This document shows, one piece after another, positions 50,701 to 64,000 of a DNA stretch of 64,000 bases. How positions within the stretch are numbered: position 1 is the stretch's first letter; every line of letters begins with the position of its first letter. A program made the translations under genes and the position numbers. The notes under the pieces are model-generated. The model was not told where the DNA came from. It searched no databases and saw nothing but the letters and a program-made list of their open reading frames with translations. Origin of the DNA: Pecten maximus (taxonomy: Eukaryota); NCBI RefSeq assembly GCF_902652985.1, contig NC_047030.1, forward strand, positions 5,332,001-5,396,000, written 5' to 3'.

Positions 50701-53700
50701 ACTTTATATACAAATCACAAGCTGCATTACGGTCGAAAAAATAATATTCAAATCAACGAATCTGTTGGACTTTAATGTAAAAAAATACCACCTCCCCCAA
50801 TCACTTGATCATTGCATTACTCATTTCTTTTTTTCTTCACTAAGTATTAATAATCATGATATGTTCTAGCATGTAATGAGACACAAAATAAAGATTACCA
50901 TTGACATAAGTAAGGGTTATAAAATCTGGTCGCTTTGACCTACTTTTCGACTATGTGGTATCTTTTCAAGACCTCTTTTCTACAGATTTGAAATTGCACA
51001 ATTCATCAACATTATGAAGAAAGATTCGAAACATATCTTGAAATCTCGTCAAAGTGCGGCAAATGACGAATTAAATTTCCCCCGCCCCTCTTCCTCCTCT
51101 AACTCCCAGGGACTGATGGGTTGGGCTTAATGGACAAACCTCCCGACCGTTAGGCCCATGGGCTTCTTGGTATGCGCATGTCGATCATGAGGCTAATATG
51201 TACATGCATTTATAGTTTTTGAACGATAATGAATGTGTTTATTATTAAAAATAAACATCTGTATGAAATACAAAATAAATATTTTCCTAACACGAGTAAA
51301 CCATTGCGATTACAATTTACGAATCGTCAGAAAATCCGTTTGCGATACCAATGCAATTCAGACCAACCTAGTTATCATTTTCAAGATGTAACTGGATTCA
51401 AACTGATGCTAACCCTTCCGGGACACCAGGGTTTATACCCTTTGGAATTTTCAATATCCTCATACAATTTTTGTTTGTATGTTGTGGTTGAAATAATATT
51501 GTCAACACTACATTTCCACTTGTATGTCGATTCAGTACGGAAAATATTATGGACTTGTGTTATATTTTTCTACTGATTCAAGGTCATGAATGTCAATGTT
51601 GATCAATGGAGAACAGTAGACAGCTATGGTGAGATGGCCATAGGTCTTTTATTATCACTTTCGTCTATGTAGTATTTTTGTTTCATCTCTCATCTGTCTC
51701 TTTTTCGTCGAATAACAGTCTCGAGTGTTATTAGTTTCTGTCAGCACATTTACTGTAATAAACCGTTCAAAAAGAATATAAGAAAGAAACCAGATGTGAA
51801 CTCGCGTTCGTCAAGTTGACATTTTGCCAGCTGAGTGTTTGAAAGATTAAACTAACTGCATGGTCAGATTTCCCTTTTTATCTCTGTAACTGTATGAGGT
51901 GCGATTTTTCGATTTCATAATCGAATGTGTAGCCAGTATGTTTGTCATTTGGGGGTGTCATCGTAGTTTGCCCTAAATACTAAGGTATAGACACGTTATG
52001 GGCCTAAGTATGAACTATTTTAGATATGGTTAAACTTTTTACGCTGAATTTGTTGAAGGTTTGTCAGGTTTTCACTATCTCTGTCTAACCATCTGTACAG
52101 TGGTAACGCCCGATATTCAAAACATAAACTATATGTTTTCAAATGAAATACTGGTGAGTATTTTTTGACATTTAGGATTTTTTGAAACAGTTAAGAGTAA
52201 GAAATAAACGACAGTGGGTATTAAGTATAGGCCATCTTCAATGGATAAGTGTTAATTCAGAAATAAATAATGCAACTCCCAAACCTGAAAATGATATCGA
52301 TTGTATTTGATTAACAATACACGCTTGATTTTCATGCTAGTCCTCTTCGTCTTTCTGCCTACACGGATTACGCAAGTTCAATGCAAATTCGAGCAAACAT
52401 TAAGTAAAATGGCAAAAGTGGGACAACGGAATCGGTACATTAACATTTCAGACGAATTTATAAAGCGTTTGTTGACTCAATGAAATCAGGTGTTCAAGAG
52501 TTTCATAGAGAGATAAATTCAATCGGACAAAAGTCTCATTTTTCATCAAAACTAATCCAACTTAATAATATATTTATGTGACGTTACCTAAAAGAGCATT
52601 AGAGTGTAACATCAGTATTTGTTATTCCGCTTTATATCATTCATTTATTTACTGTATCCAATTGTAATAGATCATCATTTTTATGTGAAGAGGACTGGAT
52701 CGTTTCCTTTTATCAAATTTCTAACTACCTGAGCTAATATCAGGTAGGATATCCAGTAAGCGTAACGTATACACGTATTCTATACCTTGTTCAGTCTGCC
52801 CCTACGTTGCCATGTAAGGTATCCAGGTAAGTGTTATGTCATATGTACCGAGCACGCTCTGTGTAACATAACAAAAACACCAAAATCCGTCTTACAAAAA
52901 AATGTAAAATGTTTGACTACCAACACAATATAATTACTCCGACAAAAACAAAATCCTAAAATCAATACAAATGCTGAAAATATAACATCGGGTGGTCTAG
53001 AATAAAACTCTTGGTATGGCGTGTTCATTTTTTTATATACAATTGTAATTGTTTCTCTTTTCCAAATCCTGATTTTTCGAGTTTAAATGAAATATCCGGT
53101 TAGAATTCCGGTAATCAGATAGTATGCATAAATAAAATGCATTACTCTGTGCATTCTAACGATAGTGTACCTAGATACGTTTGAAGTATTATGTACCTCG
53201 CGGTCTATACGTAACTTAAACCCCAAAAAAACGTTAAAAAAAAAAGAAAAAGAAATAAAAAAAAACACGGCTTATAACTGTTTGCCTACCAACACCATTA
53301 TAATCCCGAAATATCATGCGGAATTACTCCGACAAAAACAAAATCCTAAAATCAATAATAAATACATGTAAGGCAGAAATTCCATTTTATCTGTCTAATA
53401 AATTGTATAATGAACGAGATTCGATGTGTCCGAGCTTGTGATAATGGAGCTAGATATTTATGTTTCAGATAAATCACAGGTGCGACAGACTCGATAAGAG
53501 GTTTGGATTGGCTGTTTTATTATCACCTGTACGGTCGTCCTGTAGTGATATCGTAGTAACACCACAAATTAAACCTGTGAAATGGAAGCGCTATCAACAC
53601 CTTATAATGTCTGCCTTAAACAACACGAGTGTGTTTAATAAATCTAATCCAGGCGTATACAAGTAGATTAAAAGATTCTGACAAATATTTTGTCCAGACT

Positions 53701-54506
53701 GTGAAACTGTACATGTACCAATAGGACTGACGTCACTTCCACATGCGACAAGAAGCCCAATTTGTTCTTTTTGGTCTTCATTTTGTAAATATTAGTTTAA
53801 ATGGTTATTTCACAAGTTCGCAAAGTATACAGTTACATTTTTAATGGCTTAACCGGTTCCTGTAAAATCTTAAAGAAATCTCGATCATTTCTTTTATTTT
53901 GCGATATGCATAAAGGACATGAAAAGAAAAAAGTGCCTTTGAAAATAACTTATTGCTAAATACATAAGATGCTTTATGACAATTGGAAAATGGAATCACA
54001 AATCTATGAAAATCTAGTCAGTGATAGGAGGAGCCTAAATTAATTTAGAAAAAAGCAAGGAAAATCAAATCAGACTGACGCATGAAAAGTATGATAAAAG
54101 GTGAAAGTTCACAAATCATCTTATTTAAACTAACAACTTCCACTGAAAATAAGGGAATCGGCCTGTGTTTCATTATAATTTCTTTATTTTGTTAACACCA
54201 GAAGAAAAAAGCAGTACAGTATACTGTATATATAAAGCAGGACCTCGATCACCAGCCTCATTCTGAATAGAACGAACTAAGTGTATCCAGGATACGCTGT
54301 TTTCGTTGTTACGCCGGGTCGTGAGTGAATTATTCGATTGTGTCCTTGATGTTACCCCTAACTCACTGGAACGTGTTTATATAACTAATCCACAATATCG
54401 ACAAATAATGCTGACACACGAAGCTGACTAACAAGAATGTGACTCAGTAGCTACCTTTCTGTAAGCTAGATAACCTTAATAATATTTAACCATGGGAGAT
54501 GTCCGT

Positions 54507-54604
54507 TCAATCTAATTAAAATCTAGATGGTCATTCTCACTAGTGACATGGTACATCTTAATGTAACGTGGTGAGAATGACCATCTAGATGTTAATTAGA
54601 TTGA
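54507..54604. repeat. Near-perfect inverted repeat (34-bp arms, 30-bp loop)
   Basis: tcaatctaattaaaatctagatggtcattctcac ... gtgagaatgaccatctagatgttaattagattga. Confidence 0.9.
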
Positions 54605-55079
54605 TACCCGTTTAATGTTGTACATATTGTAAGTAAGAAAACATATCTATAACGGTATAATGAAAATGTATCAAATCTGAAAATCGATGATATTAAATCA
54701 GAATAAAAACAGAGGGAATATGTGTATAAAGACATTAAAATGACGAAACGAAGTGTAATTAAATGGAAAGTTTCCACTTCTTCATCGCCAAGGAGAGTGA
54801 AAGTGTTCAATTATTTTATCTTAGTTTGCTCTTTTGGGAAGACACTTCTTCACATTGTCATTACCAAGCATTAAAATGATGTGTTATTTTTAATACCGTA
54901 CATCAATTTAAAGTATGTTTGATAACTTCCCTACCTGGCTTAACATACTATATAACAGTCCTGAGTGAATCATTAACGCATCAAATGATAAACAGACAGA
55001 AAAGCCGACTAGCTTTGGAGTATCTCGCTTCGTACCATCTATTTAGGTTTTTTTTTTAATTTAATTTATTATTTATTTT

Positions 55080-55572
55080 TCTACAAAAACGGGAAAGTGA
55101 TATTTTTGACCTTTCGACGACAGTTTGTTGTAGAATATAGAAAAAAATGCAGTTTTGAAAATTATTAGGATATACAAAATGACAAAGACAGATTGTTGCT
55201 CTGTAAATTTATTCATTGTAGAAACTGGTAGATGGAATATTGTAAATTATCAAAATAGGATTCGTCTACTTTGTGATACCTACGATCTCGGTGATTAATT
55301 TCATTATTTATTCAAACTTCTGAACGAAAATTAATAAATACTTGTATACGATACCTGATTTTTTAAAATTTCCATAGCTTATGGACTCTACCAACACAAA
55401 ACTTTCAAGAATATATGCAAATTGATTAAAGTACTGTTTAAAAAAGTTATATGATTTGTCATCCATACATATGTATATTGTACCTGTTGAATGTTGTAAA
55501 TATGATCTCCCTATCAATTGTATATTTTTTGTGAAGAGAATGAATAAATAAAGTTGAAATCAAAAGTTGAAA
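55080..55572 (+). mobile_element. LINE (CR1/L2 group) 3' fragment
   Basis: VETGRW and CDTYDLGD*FHYLF relics, followed by AATAAA and an aagttgaa repeat tail. Confidence 0.7.
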
Positions 55573-56099
55573 GATGATGTGTATATTAGCCTTTTTGGCA
55601 ATATTGATACAAAACATCTTAAAAAACGGTTATCCTTGTAAATACAGTACTGTTAACAAAATAGCATCATTTCACCTAATGACACTTATAACAAGTACTT
55701 TTATTTTATATATTGCTAAGCAGTTCTATTTTATTTCATTTAGCTTCTAACTGATTTCATTAATTTTAATGCTGATAACAATTGAAAAAAAAATGAAATA
55801 ATATGCAGTTTTTCGTGAAGGGTAAAGAATATGCAGTCAACCATTCATAGCAGGAAAATACCTCAAGGTAAGAGTGATGCAAAATGGCAAATACTGAAAC
55901 AAAATGTATGCTATATACAGATATAGATGCATTGTATGTACAACACCGAGAAAACATACAAATCAATACAATAACCGTATTATAACACAACAGGTTTCAC
56001 AAAATAGCAACAGGAACCAAGGCTTCAGTATCAGTAGAAAAGATAAATGAACAGAAACAAAACAAAACACTTCCATGACTCCCTTGTCTTTTAAGCCCA

Positions 56100-56290
56100 A
56101 AACACGTCTCAATGACATCCGTGTGGTAATGTTTGATCAGAGTTCGATTATATAACAACAAATCTTTTGAAGACCTCCTTTAACAACCAGAGGAATTCCG
56201 AGTCAATTCATTTGTGATACTTAGAATTACTGTAAGTTGTTCCAGGACACGCATTTACATGTCTTTGCCCAGATACTCTCAATGATTCTC
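56100..56290 (-). mobile_element. Short LINE RT C-terminal fragment
   Basis: EYLG and SWN relics followed by a degenerate downstream segment. Confidence 0.4.
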
Positions 56291-58613
56291 AGGTACATCC
56301 ACACTTTATCCTCTCCTATATCGATTACGTAACCTCTGTGTACCTGTCTTGTTACCTGTCACCTAGATAAACTTAAGGCCTTGTACTCGTGTTCTCTGTG
56401 CAGTTTGAACATAACAAGTGATACATAGAGGTGACCTTGGCGGCTGTTAATATATCAATATCTCCGTGGGCATTCAGTAAACACGACTCCGCGTGTGGCT
56501 GTCAGATAGATTCCTACGTCAATATTATAAGCATTCTGTTTGCCAATTTATAATGAGGAATTCCTGTATTTTCGAGAGTCACTACGTTTTTTTTGGTTTT
56601 GGGTTTTTTCACCCCTTTTTTTTAAAAATATTAAGCTTGTTTTAGGCTGCTGTGTACGTGCGATACTTAACCATATTTTTATAACATGACTAAACTCGCT
56701 TCGAAAACCTCGAGGAGGTCGGTATGTTTTTATCTCGGTTTTTAAGTCAATCTTCAGTTTCCACGTCCCATTTTCCCTTTTAATATTTTGTCAAGCCTTT
56801 TTATCGTTTAGAAAAAAAAATGCTAGAGTTATTTCAACAATTTATCCTTTCCATTACTTATCGTTGTAAGAGGTGTATAACATAAATAAGTATTCCGATT
56901 TCGTTCCCTCCTTTCTTGGTTTCTTATAACATTTTGCATTTTCATTACTATTTTATCATTTTATTATTTATTTTTGTATTGGCTATTTATAACCTTCACA
57001 TCAGTATGCGTCTGTCCGATGATGGCCATTTAAATACTTTTCAGATTAATTCAGATTTATAATGCATGTACATGTTTCGGTTAAAATAAAAACGAATTCA
57101 TAACCAGAAACCCTTTAAATGAAGGTACATTTTGTAATATCACAATTCAGAAGAAATAATGTTATTGATGATACACTGTGAATGCACGTTATCAGGATAA
57201 ACATTTTAAAGTGTTAAACCAAATGTTAAATTATTAATTTGTGTACCTAAAATGCATCCGCTAGAAAACATAAAATCTGAAGATAAATCAGCAAATGTTT
57301 CCAGCATGAAGAGCGTAGGAATAGGATAACTCAGGCGAAAGATGAATGCTGTCTTTCATCTACAATCAGTGTTTTTTTTTATTTGTTTTTTTGTTTTTTG
57401 TTTTTTGTTTTTGTTTTTTTGCCTCTTTGCACTGGCATTTGTTGCTTTGTCTTTGAGAAAAGACATAAGGGTTTATATAACAAATAGTTTTGTCTGTTGT
57501 TAACTGATGTTAACTCAATGCTCTTCAGAATAACAATAAAATGTTATAACTACTTGAGACAATAAATGTTGGTACAGGTGAGTTATCAACCGGGTAAAAA
57601 CACGACTTCAACACAGAATTATTAACATGGAAACACATACATGTGGGTACATGTATCTATATTTCTGAGAATGTTTCTGTTCCCTGGGTGGTCCCTGCAT
57701 ACCGGGAAGTATTTGTACAGATAATCTACAAACCAGTTTTCTATTGAAACACACGTTTAATAGAGCTCAGCTATCGGGCATCAGGGATTACGTATAATTC
57801 TATGGTAAACATTTCCTGTTAGTTTAGATAAAGGTATCTGAAGCAGGTTTCCTGAGTTTTTAATTCAAATTAGTGAGTGTATTTATATTTCAAATCAAAT
57901 TGATAATTGGCGTCAATACAGGATATTAGTCATCCAATTATATACATATATATAAGTAGCTTACTGAATTGCGCTTGTTAATATGAATTTAGGATTAGCG
58001 AATGATACAGCTGATTTACTATTTTACGGCTCGTCATTACTACAAGGGACCCAACTTGTCAAAATGATAGTTTCGCCAACTTTCTACAGTTTATGTGAAT
58101 GTAGTTTGTGTTGTGTCGGGAAAATATAGTGAGATAAGTGCATTCGGATAGAACGATACTATTGTTGGAAACCTATATACAAATGTATTGGCTGTGCTTA
58201 AGACTGTTATATCAGAGGAGACATTAACATAGCATGTGGATATTCCCAATGTTTTACTTATATCTGTTTTCGCCTTCAAACGTGTACTGTACATTGTATA
58301 TAAAAAGTTAATTTCAATCGAAATGAAGATTCCACAAAGTGACAAGAGGAACGCAACTATATACCACTGCAGCTAAATAATGCTCAATTTACAAACATGA
58401 AAATTGTTATAATTTATATGTTGTATATGTTCATGTATTTTTGAATGACAATTTGCAATTAAGATACAGTTTAATCAGAAATGAATGACTTTTAAACCTT
58501 TATCAAAATCAATAAAGATAGCATCCAGTATTTTACTTAAAATAATCGAAATATCTAGAGCATCAGGAATTCCCAAAATAACATTGAATATCAGAGATTT
58601 ACAGGATAAAACT

Positions 58614-59200
58614 TGTGTATCAGAGATTCACACGTGATCACCTGTGTATCAGTCACGCGATATCACCTGTGTATCAGATATTACCACGATATCACTTGTG
58701 TATCAGTCACGCGATATCACCTGTGTATCAGATATTACCACGATATCACCTGTGTATCAGAGTCACACGATATCACCTGTGTATCAGAGATTATCATGAT
58801 ATCACCTGTGTATCAGATTCACACGATATCACCTGTGTATCAGAGTCACACGATATCACCTGTGTATCACAGTCACACGATATCACCTGTGTATCACAGT
58901 CACACGATATCACCTGTGTATCAGAGATTCACATGCTATCACTCGTATATCAGATATTACCACGATATCACCTGTGTATCAGAGATTCACACGATATCAC
59001 TCGTATATCAGATATTACCACGATATCACCTGTGTATCAGAGATTCACACGATATCACCTGTGTATCACAGTCACACGATATCACCTGTGTATCACAGTC
59101 ACACGATATCACCTGTGTATCACAGTCACACGATATCACCTGTGTATCAGAGATTACTACGATATCACTTGTGTATCAGATATTACCACGATGTCACTTG
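58614..59200. repeat. Minisatellite of 27-29 bp units (cacgatatcacctgtgtatcacagtca and variants), about 20 copies
   Basis: Directly visible. It explains the HDITCVS / TISPVY / RYHLCI ORFs in all three frames. Confidence 0.95.
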
Positions 59201-60761
59201 TTGGGTTATTTCGACTGATAAATTTAAAGATGTATTTCATGCCCCGGAGCAAATTAACTTTGGTTTTATTTATGATCTTGTAAATACCAAAACTGGTAGC
59301 GGTTTTCTCGGAAACAATGTGCTCTATCAACCAGCATAGATCACATCCCATATTTCTATATGACATCAGCGGCCATAAACACCAAATACCTTCGCTACAT
59401 GTGATTGTTTATGCTGTGTTTTTATGTAAATATTTCACAGACAATGGGTTTTTGATTTTATGACTCTAAGAAATTTATTTATCAACGGCTACTCTACCTC
59501 GAAGTAATAAATATTGTCACGGAAACTAACCTGTGTCAAAGTCATTAGATTACTTTACAAGTAAATTTCATAACCTTCAAAATAATGTACCACTGAGACA
59601 ATGGTATTTATCCTTGCCCCCCCCCCCCCCCCCCCCCCCCCCCTCGGTTTATTTCACTTACATACGGGAACAATATACAACAAATTATTTTGTAGACATC
59701 GTATGTACAATGTAGTTACTATAGCACTGTTACACTGAAATAGTAATTAACTCACCATCAATACTCACTGACCCCAAACAGATAAACGTGTATCAATATA
59801 GTATTGTAATCAAACTAAGTTTCTTTTACGAAGTACATAGATTAACTTCGATTTTTGTGTTACATTTAATTTAAATAAATATCTTGTAAGTTAAACGCGA
59901 GGAACATCTCCTACACATGCTATGGCGGTAGACCCGTGACTAAATTTCAAACCATTTAATGTTGTACGATTTACGTAAAGCGGGATTTCCACGTGTCTTT
60001 TTAACAGGAAACACACCTACCTAATCAAATACCAAATCAATAACCAAGAGCCTAAGGTGATGTGGGTGTGTCTGATATGTCAATTACACATGCTATAATG
60101 ATAGATATAGATACCCAGGACTACAAACGATCACGTGACATCGGTTTCAATCATGCTGGATCTACTTCCGGGTTGAAAGAAGACACCGTGTTTGTATATC
60201 ATTCAAAATGGTTCGACCGTTTTTACCAATTGGCTCTTTTAAGAAATAAGAATGGGTCTAGTAATGTTAAATTTGTGTTTAGCGCTCTTAACAGCCTCGA
60301 CAAAACCTTATCAATATCTGCAGGTCCGATGGGATCCGTAAAGATTTTTGCCCGATATATCATGTAGTAAGGGGTTATGTAAGAGCAGGTGTCACTGGTT
60401 AATTTATCATGACACGACCATGCTGATTGGATAAAACATAATCTGACGATCTCTTAATCTATCACAGGTTCAGTTTAGATAGCGTAGGCTGATAAGGTAC
60501 ACTGTGCCAATTGGGAGAATATGTACATGTACAGTTATGTTTCTTTTGTGTCGAACAAGGTACATTTATCACTCGATCTCAATGTTTACTCGGGTATACG
60601 TTTATATGGCTGATTTTGTATAACCTATGTATATCTAATGTATCTTATTAATGTTGTAATTACACCAACTCAAACTACACTATATTCAATTAAAAATATT
60701 ATCTTTATTTATTTACAATAGTTGTGAAACAACTTACCTGTGTGTTAGTGAAACAACTTAC

Positions 60762-60804
60762 CTGTGTGTTAATCACATCTATTGGAAACGTACGGCGAGT
60801 GTTA
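60762..60804 (-). other. Isolated 43-nt exon-like segment with a tandemly duplicated donor
   Basis: Strong acceptor ctgtttctcccacag and donor CAG|gtaagt; 24-bp duplication at 60724-60747 and 60748-60771. Host transcript unknown. Confidence 0.4.
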
Positions 60805-60879
60805 CTGTGGGAGAAACAGTATAAACCGAACAAGCCCCACATTTAGAATTCATATTAAAAAATTAACATGTGCTATTTC

Positions 60880-61520
60880 TACTTATAATCAAAAGGGGGG
60901 ACACATAGACATAAAAAAATCATTCAGTTTAGATTTTACATTGATAGACAAATTCTCAACACATTATACAAATATGGTCCACCTTGTTCAGGATGTACAA
61001 TGTAACTTGAGTTTCTGTAAAATATTTATGCACTTCACCAAGATAATTAAGCTTGTCAACAATTTCTATTTCATTACCTTTGTAAACATATGCTCTGTCA
61101 CCATTCCGAAATATTTCTTTTTCTGTCAACCGGGGTTGAAGATGGTGAACGAAAAACACAAAACTACAATAGTTTCAATACAGGATATTTCAACATATAT
61201 TAACAACAAGTTCTTTCTTGTTTAAAGTAGGCCTGGTGAATAGTCCAATATGTGCTCTTTATAATTTAGAGCGATAAATAATCATTCATATTTTGTGGGA
61301 ATGTCGAGAAACACAAAGATTTTTACATAGTGTAGAAACACTCCTTGATGCGCTCTTTATCCAATTCCAATTTAACAAAAAAAGTTTCCTTTTAGATGTA
61401 TTTATAAACAATAGAAATCTCACAACAAATAGATTGGGTAATGAAATTTTGATTATGATTACGTTTTATATATACAAGACAAGGTGTCTACATACAATAT
61501 TAAGTCCACATGCTCTAATT
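60880..61520 (-). mobile_element. LINE reverse transcriptase fragment
   Basis: ORF 60956..61159 contains VYKGNEIEIVDKLNYLG, matching the YxGxxIExVxxFxYLG motif of non-LTR RTs. Confidence 0.65.
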
Positions 61521-61799
61521 AATTCTATTAAAGAGTGCTATATTTTTCAAAAATACATTGCTAACAGCCAAGGCGACCAGGTACAACAGAACTCTGACAA
61601 AGAATGGAGAAAAGTATTGGAATTGGCCGACAGTTTTTTTCTGAATTGATATAATGTCCACTGTATTATTCCTATTCTTCCTTTTTTCTCTACTTAGTTT
61701 CCCTGGAGACCCTAGATTCTATTGATATAGCTATGTAAGATAAATATATATGATAGTTATTTTTACTGTTTCATTTGACATGTTCATAGCCCAGTCTAT

Positions 61800-62260
61800 C
61801 TCACTTACTTTATATATCTTCAAGCTTCATTTAACTGTTGTTAAATGTATGATGATTTTGTGAGGGTGTGGAGAATGCGTTTATGTTGATGATATTTTGT
61901 CATAATGTTAATGTGTGGATGATAATGACGATGATGATATAGTTTTATATTCTCTCTTACTTTATATATCCCCAAGCTTCATTTAACTGTTGTTAAATGC
62001 ATGATGATTTGTGTGAGGGTGTGGAGAATGCGTTTATGTTGATGATATATTGTCATAATGTTAATGTGTGGATGATAATGACGATGATGATATAGTTTTA
62101 TATTCTCTCTTACTTTATATATCCCCAAGCTTCATTTAACTGTTGTTAAATGCATGATGATTTGTGTGAGGGTGTGGAGAATGCGTTTATGTTGATGATA
62201 TATTGTCATAATGTTATAATGTTAATGTGTGGATGATAATGACGAAGATGATGTAGTTTT
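61800..62260. repeat. Tandem repeat, ~153-bp unit, three copies
   Basis: cttactttatatat...gtgagggtgtggagaatgcg...gatgataatgacga recurs at 61804, 61956 and 62109. Confidence 0.92.
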
Positions 62261-63149
62261 ATTACCGAAGGGTGATGATGATATCATAAAGAATATATAT
62301 ATGAGGATAATGTTGGTGATGATTAAGATCATATTTGATGTTATTATGATTTCACGTAGGAATGTAAGTGTATGTGTTATGTTTTATGTATTATACTATG
62401 CTGAAAAACTTGAAAATATCATAAATACAAAAAAGATAATAATAATAAATAAGTAAATAATTAAAACATTAATTTTAGCAGTTGTGGAATATGCTTGGGA
62501 ATTGTCTAATCCTTTATTATATATTTGACAATAAAGATGTTTAGATCATATCAACTAGTTACATGTATTTTAAAGCCATTCATGTACGTTTAGTAAAGGA
62601 AGGGAGACAACCCATCCCCTTGCACCTAGCATCGTGGACATTAAAAACAAATTTAAAATCTTGTGTCTGGAACAAATCTTGATGATCTTATTTTTTCAAG
62701 TTTAAAACCTTCATAATATATATACATTTTTTTTGTAGATAATTCAGTAGTTTTCTTCCGACTCCGCCATGATTTATTTCGATTATACCATTGCAGTAGT
62801 CAACAAAACAGTAGAGCTGATGATCATCAAAGTGTTTTTTTCTTAATTTTACTCTGTAAAGCTAAATAGCATCTTTATTACCGAATCCATACTTTAACAT
62901 CTTTATCAGCGACTTTGAACATTTAAAAAAAATGATAAAGGTCATTTTAATTAGGCCAATTGTTGTTTATATAGTCATCTTTAAAAGGCGACTTTGTTAT
63001 TATGCCGATAGATTGTACATGTACATAATTTTCTTTAAAGGCGAATTTATAATTACGCCGAATCACTTTTCTAATCTTGAATATTGGACTCAAATGTGTG
63101 AATTGTTGACTACTAAATATATACGAAGTATACATGCAGGTATTTGCTG

Positions 63150-63820
63150 TACTAATCTAAGGTAATTTCTTGGGTTAGGCTCTCCGTCCGTCTATCTGTT
63201 TTTTCTATCCTTTTTATCTAAATTAACAAGCCATTGTGCTTGAAACAGAGTGGGATCCAGGGTAGATTGGGAGACTGGTATCTTTAACAGTAAATTACCA
63301 CCTACTATTGGTGAACATAGCCGTTATGCTCTTTGACACAATAGCTAATAGATCCCCCAGTTTATACACTCATTACACACTCACATTTTACACAGTTAAT
63401 TGTTTGAAGGCAGTATATAATTCAATTAAATCCCTGCTATCTTTGACTACTTCCAAAAACACTTCATTATATGACTTACATTTGCTGTCGCCAATTAATT
63501 ATTACGGACATTGAGAACAAAGGTTCTGTATTTTGCAAACAGAACTGCGACACCAGTATAGTTGTCATAATTTGGAGATTACCTTACAGATATTGCATCC
63601 TCTGGCTGCGGGATTCCTTGTGAGAATGCCATTCACTATATGTTAGAGTGTCGCCTTTTAACAAACGAGAGAAAAGTTTTGATAAAAAATCACCATTTAA
63701 ATGTGGAATGTTGTCTTGAAATTATTCTATAATGACATCAAAAGCATACCGTTCCGTTGACTTCAATATAAGTATCTTTAATTATATTCATACATTCATA
63801 AAATCCAGCAGAGGATTCTT
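63150..63820 (+). mobile_element. LINE (CR1-like) 3' fragment
   Basis: Relic C-terminal segment GCGIPCENAIHYMLEC matches the CxCGxxxExxxHxxxxC knuckle of CR1-group ORF2. Confidence 0.6.
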
Positions 63821-64000
63821 AATTTCGATGTCTATATCGGGTAATGATTGTACCTTAGTGTTATAAATATTCATGTTGTTATCAATCGTTGTTAGACGTT
63901 CAAACTAATAATCTTTTGGGAGAAGGTGATGGTAAATTGAAATAACAATGATCTATTCCTAGCTGATGTCAAAGGCTAACAAAAATATATGTTTGAATCA

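Noticed and set aside
58613-59339. Long His/Cys-rich ORFs in three frames
   Set aside because: Stop-free minisatellite with mixed 27/29-bp units that switch frames; no splice or start context.
59756-59850. Signal-peptide-like segment ending TFICLGSVSIDG|gtgagt
   Set aside because: In-frame stop and no in-frame ATG; no downstream partner exons found.

Overview
AT-rich animal genomic DNA, most likely a bivalve mollusc (inferred from SINE, HINE and LINE types). None of the supplied ORFs is a complete gene; most are repeat or transposon artefacts. Reading splice sites on the minus strand reveals a complete 12-exon gene spanning about 36 kb (46863 to 10821). It encodes a 186-aa protein: signal peptide, a compact 8-Cys domain, a Ser/Thr stalk of seven 13-aa repeats, and a GPI-anchor-like tail. 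Each stalk repeat is a 39-nt phase-1 microexon carried by one unit of a recent ~2058-bp tandem array (14513-27610), so the array is a tandem exon amplification. Further downstream (3910 to 18) lie related phase-1 exons encoding a second set of Cys half-domains, a Thr/Ala/Pro linker and a GRKRR convertase/amidation microexon; I found no dedicated 5' exons for them. The introns and flanks hold many decayed mobile elements: a Gypsy LTR element with INT before RT, a TA-flanked TIR element whose empty site survives in the array, an IS3EU-like element, Tc1 and Harbinger/ISL2EU relics, HINEs, a SINE, LINE fragments and minisatellites. All gene models are read by eye and need RNA confirmation.
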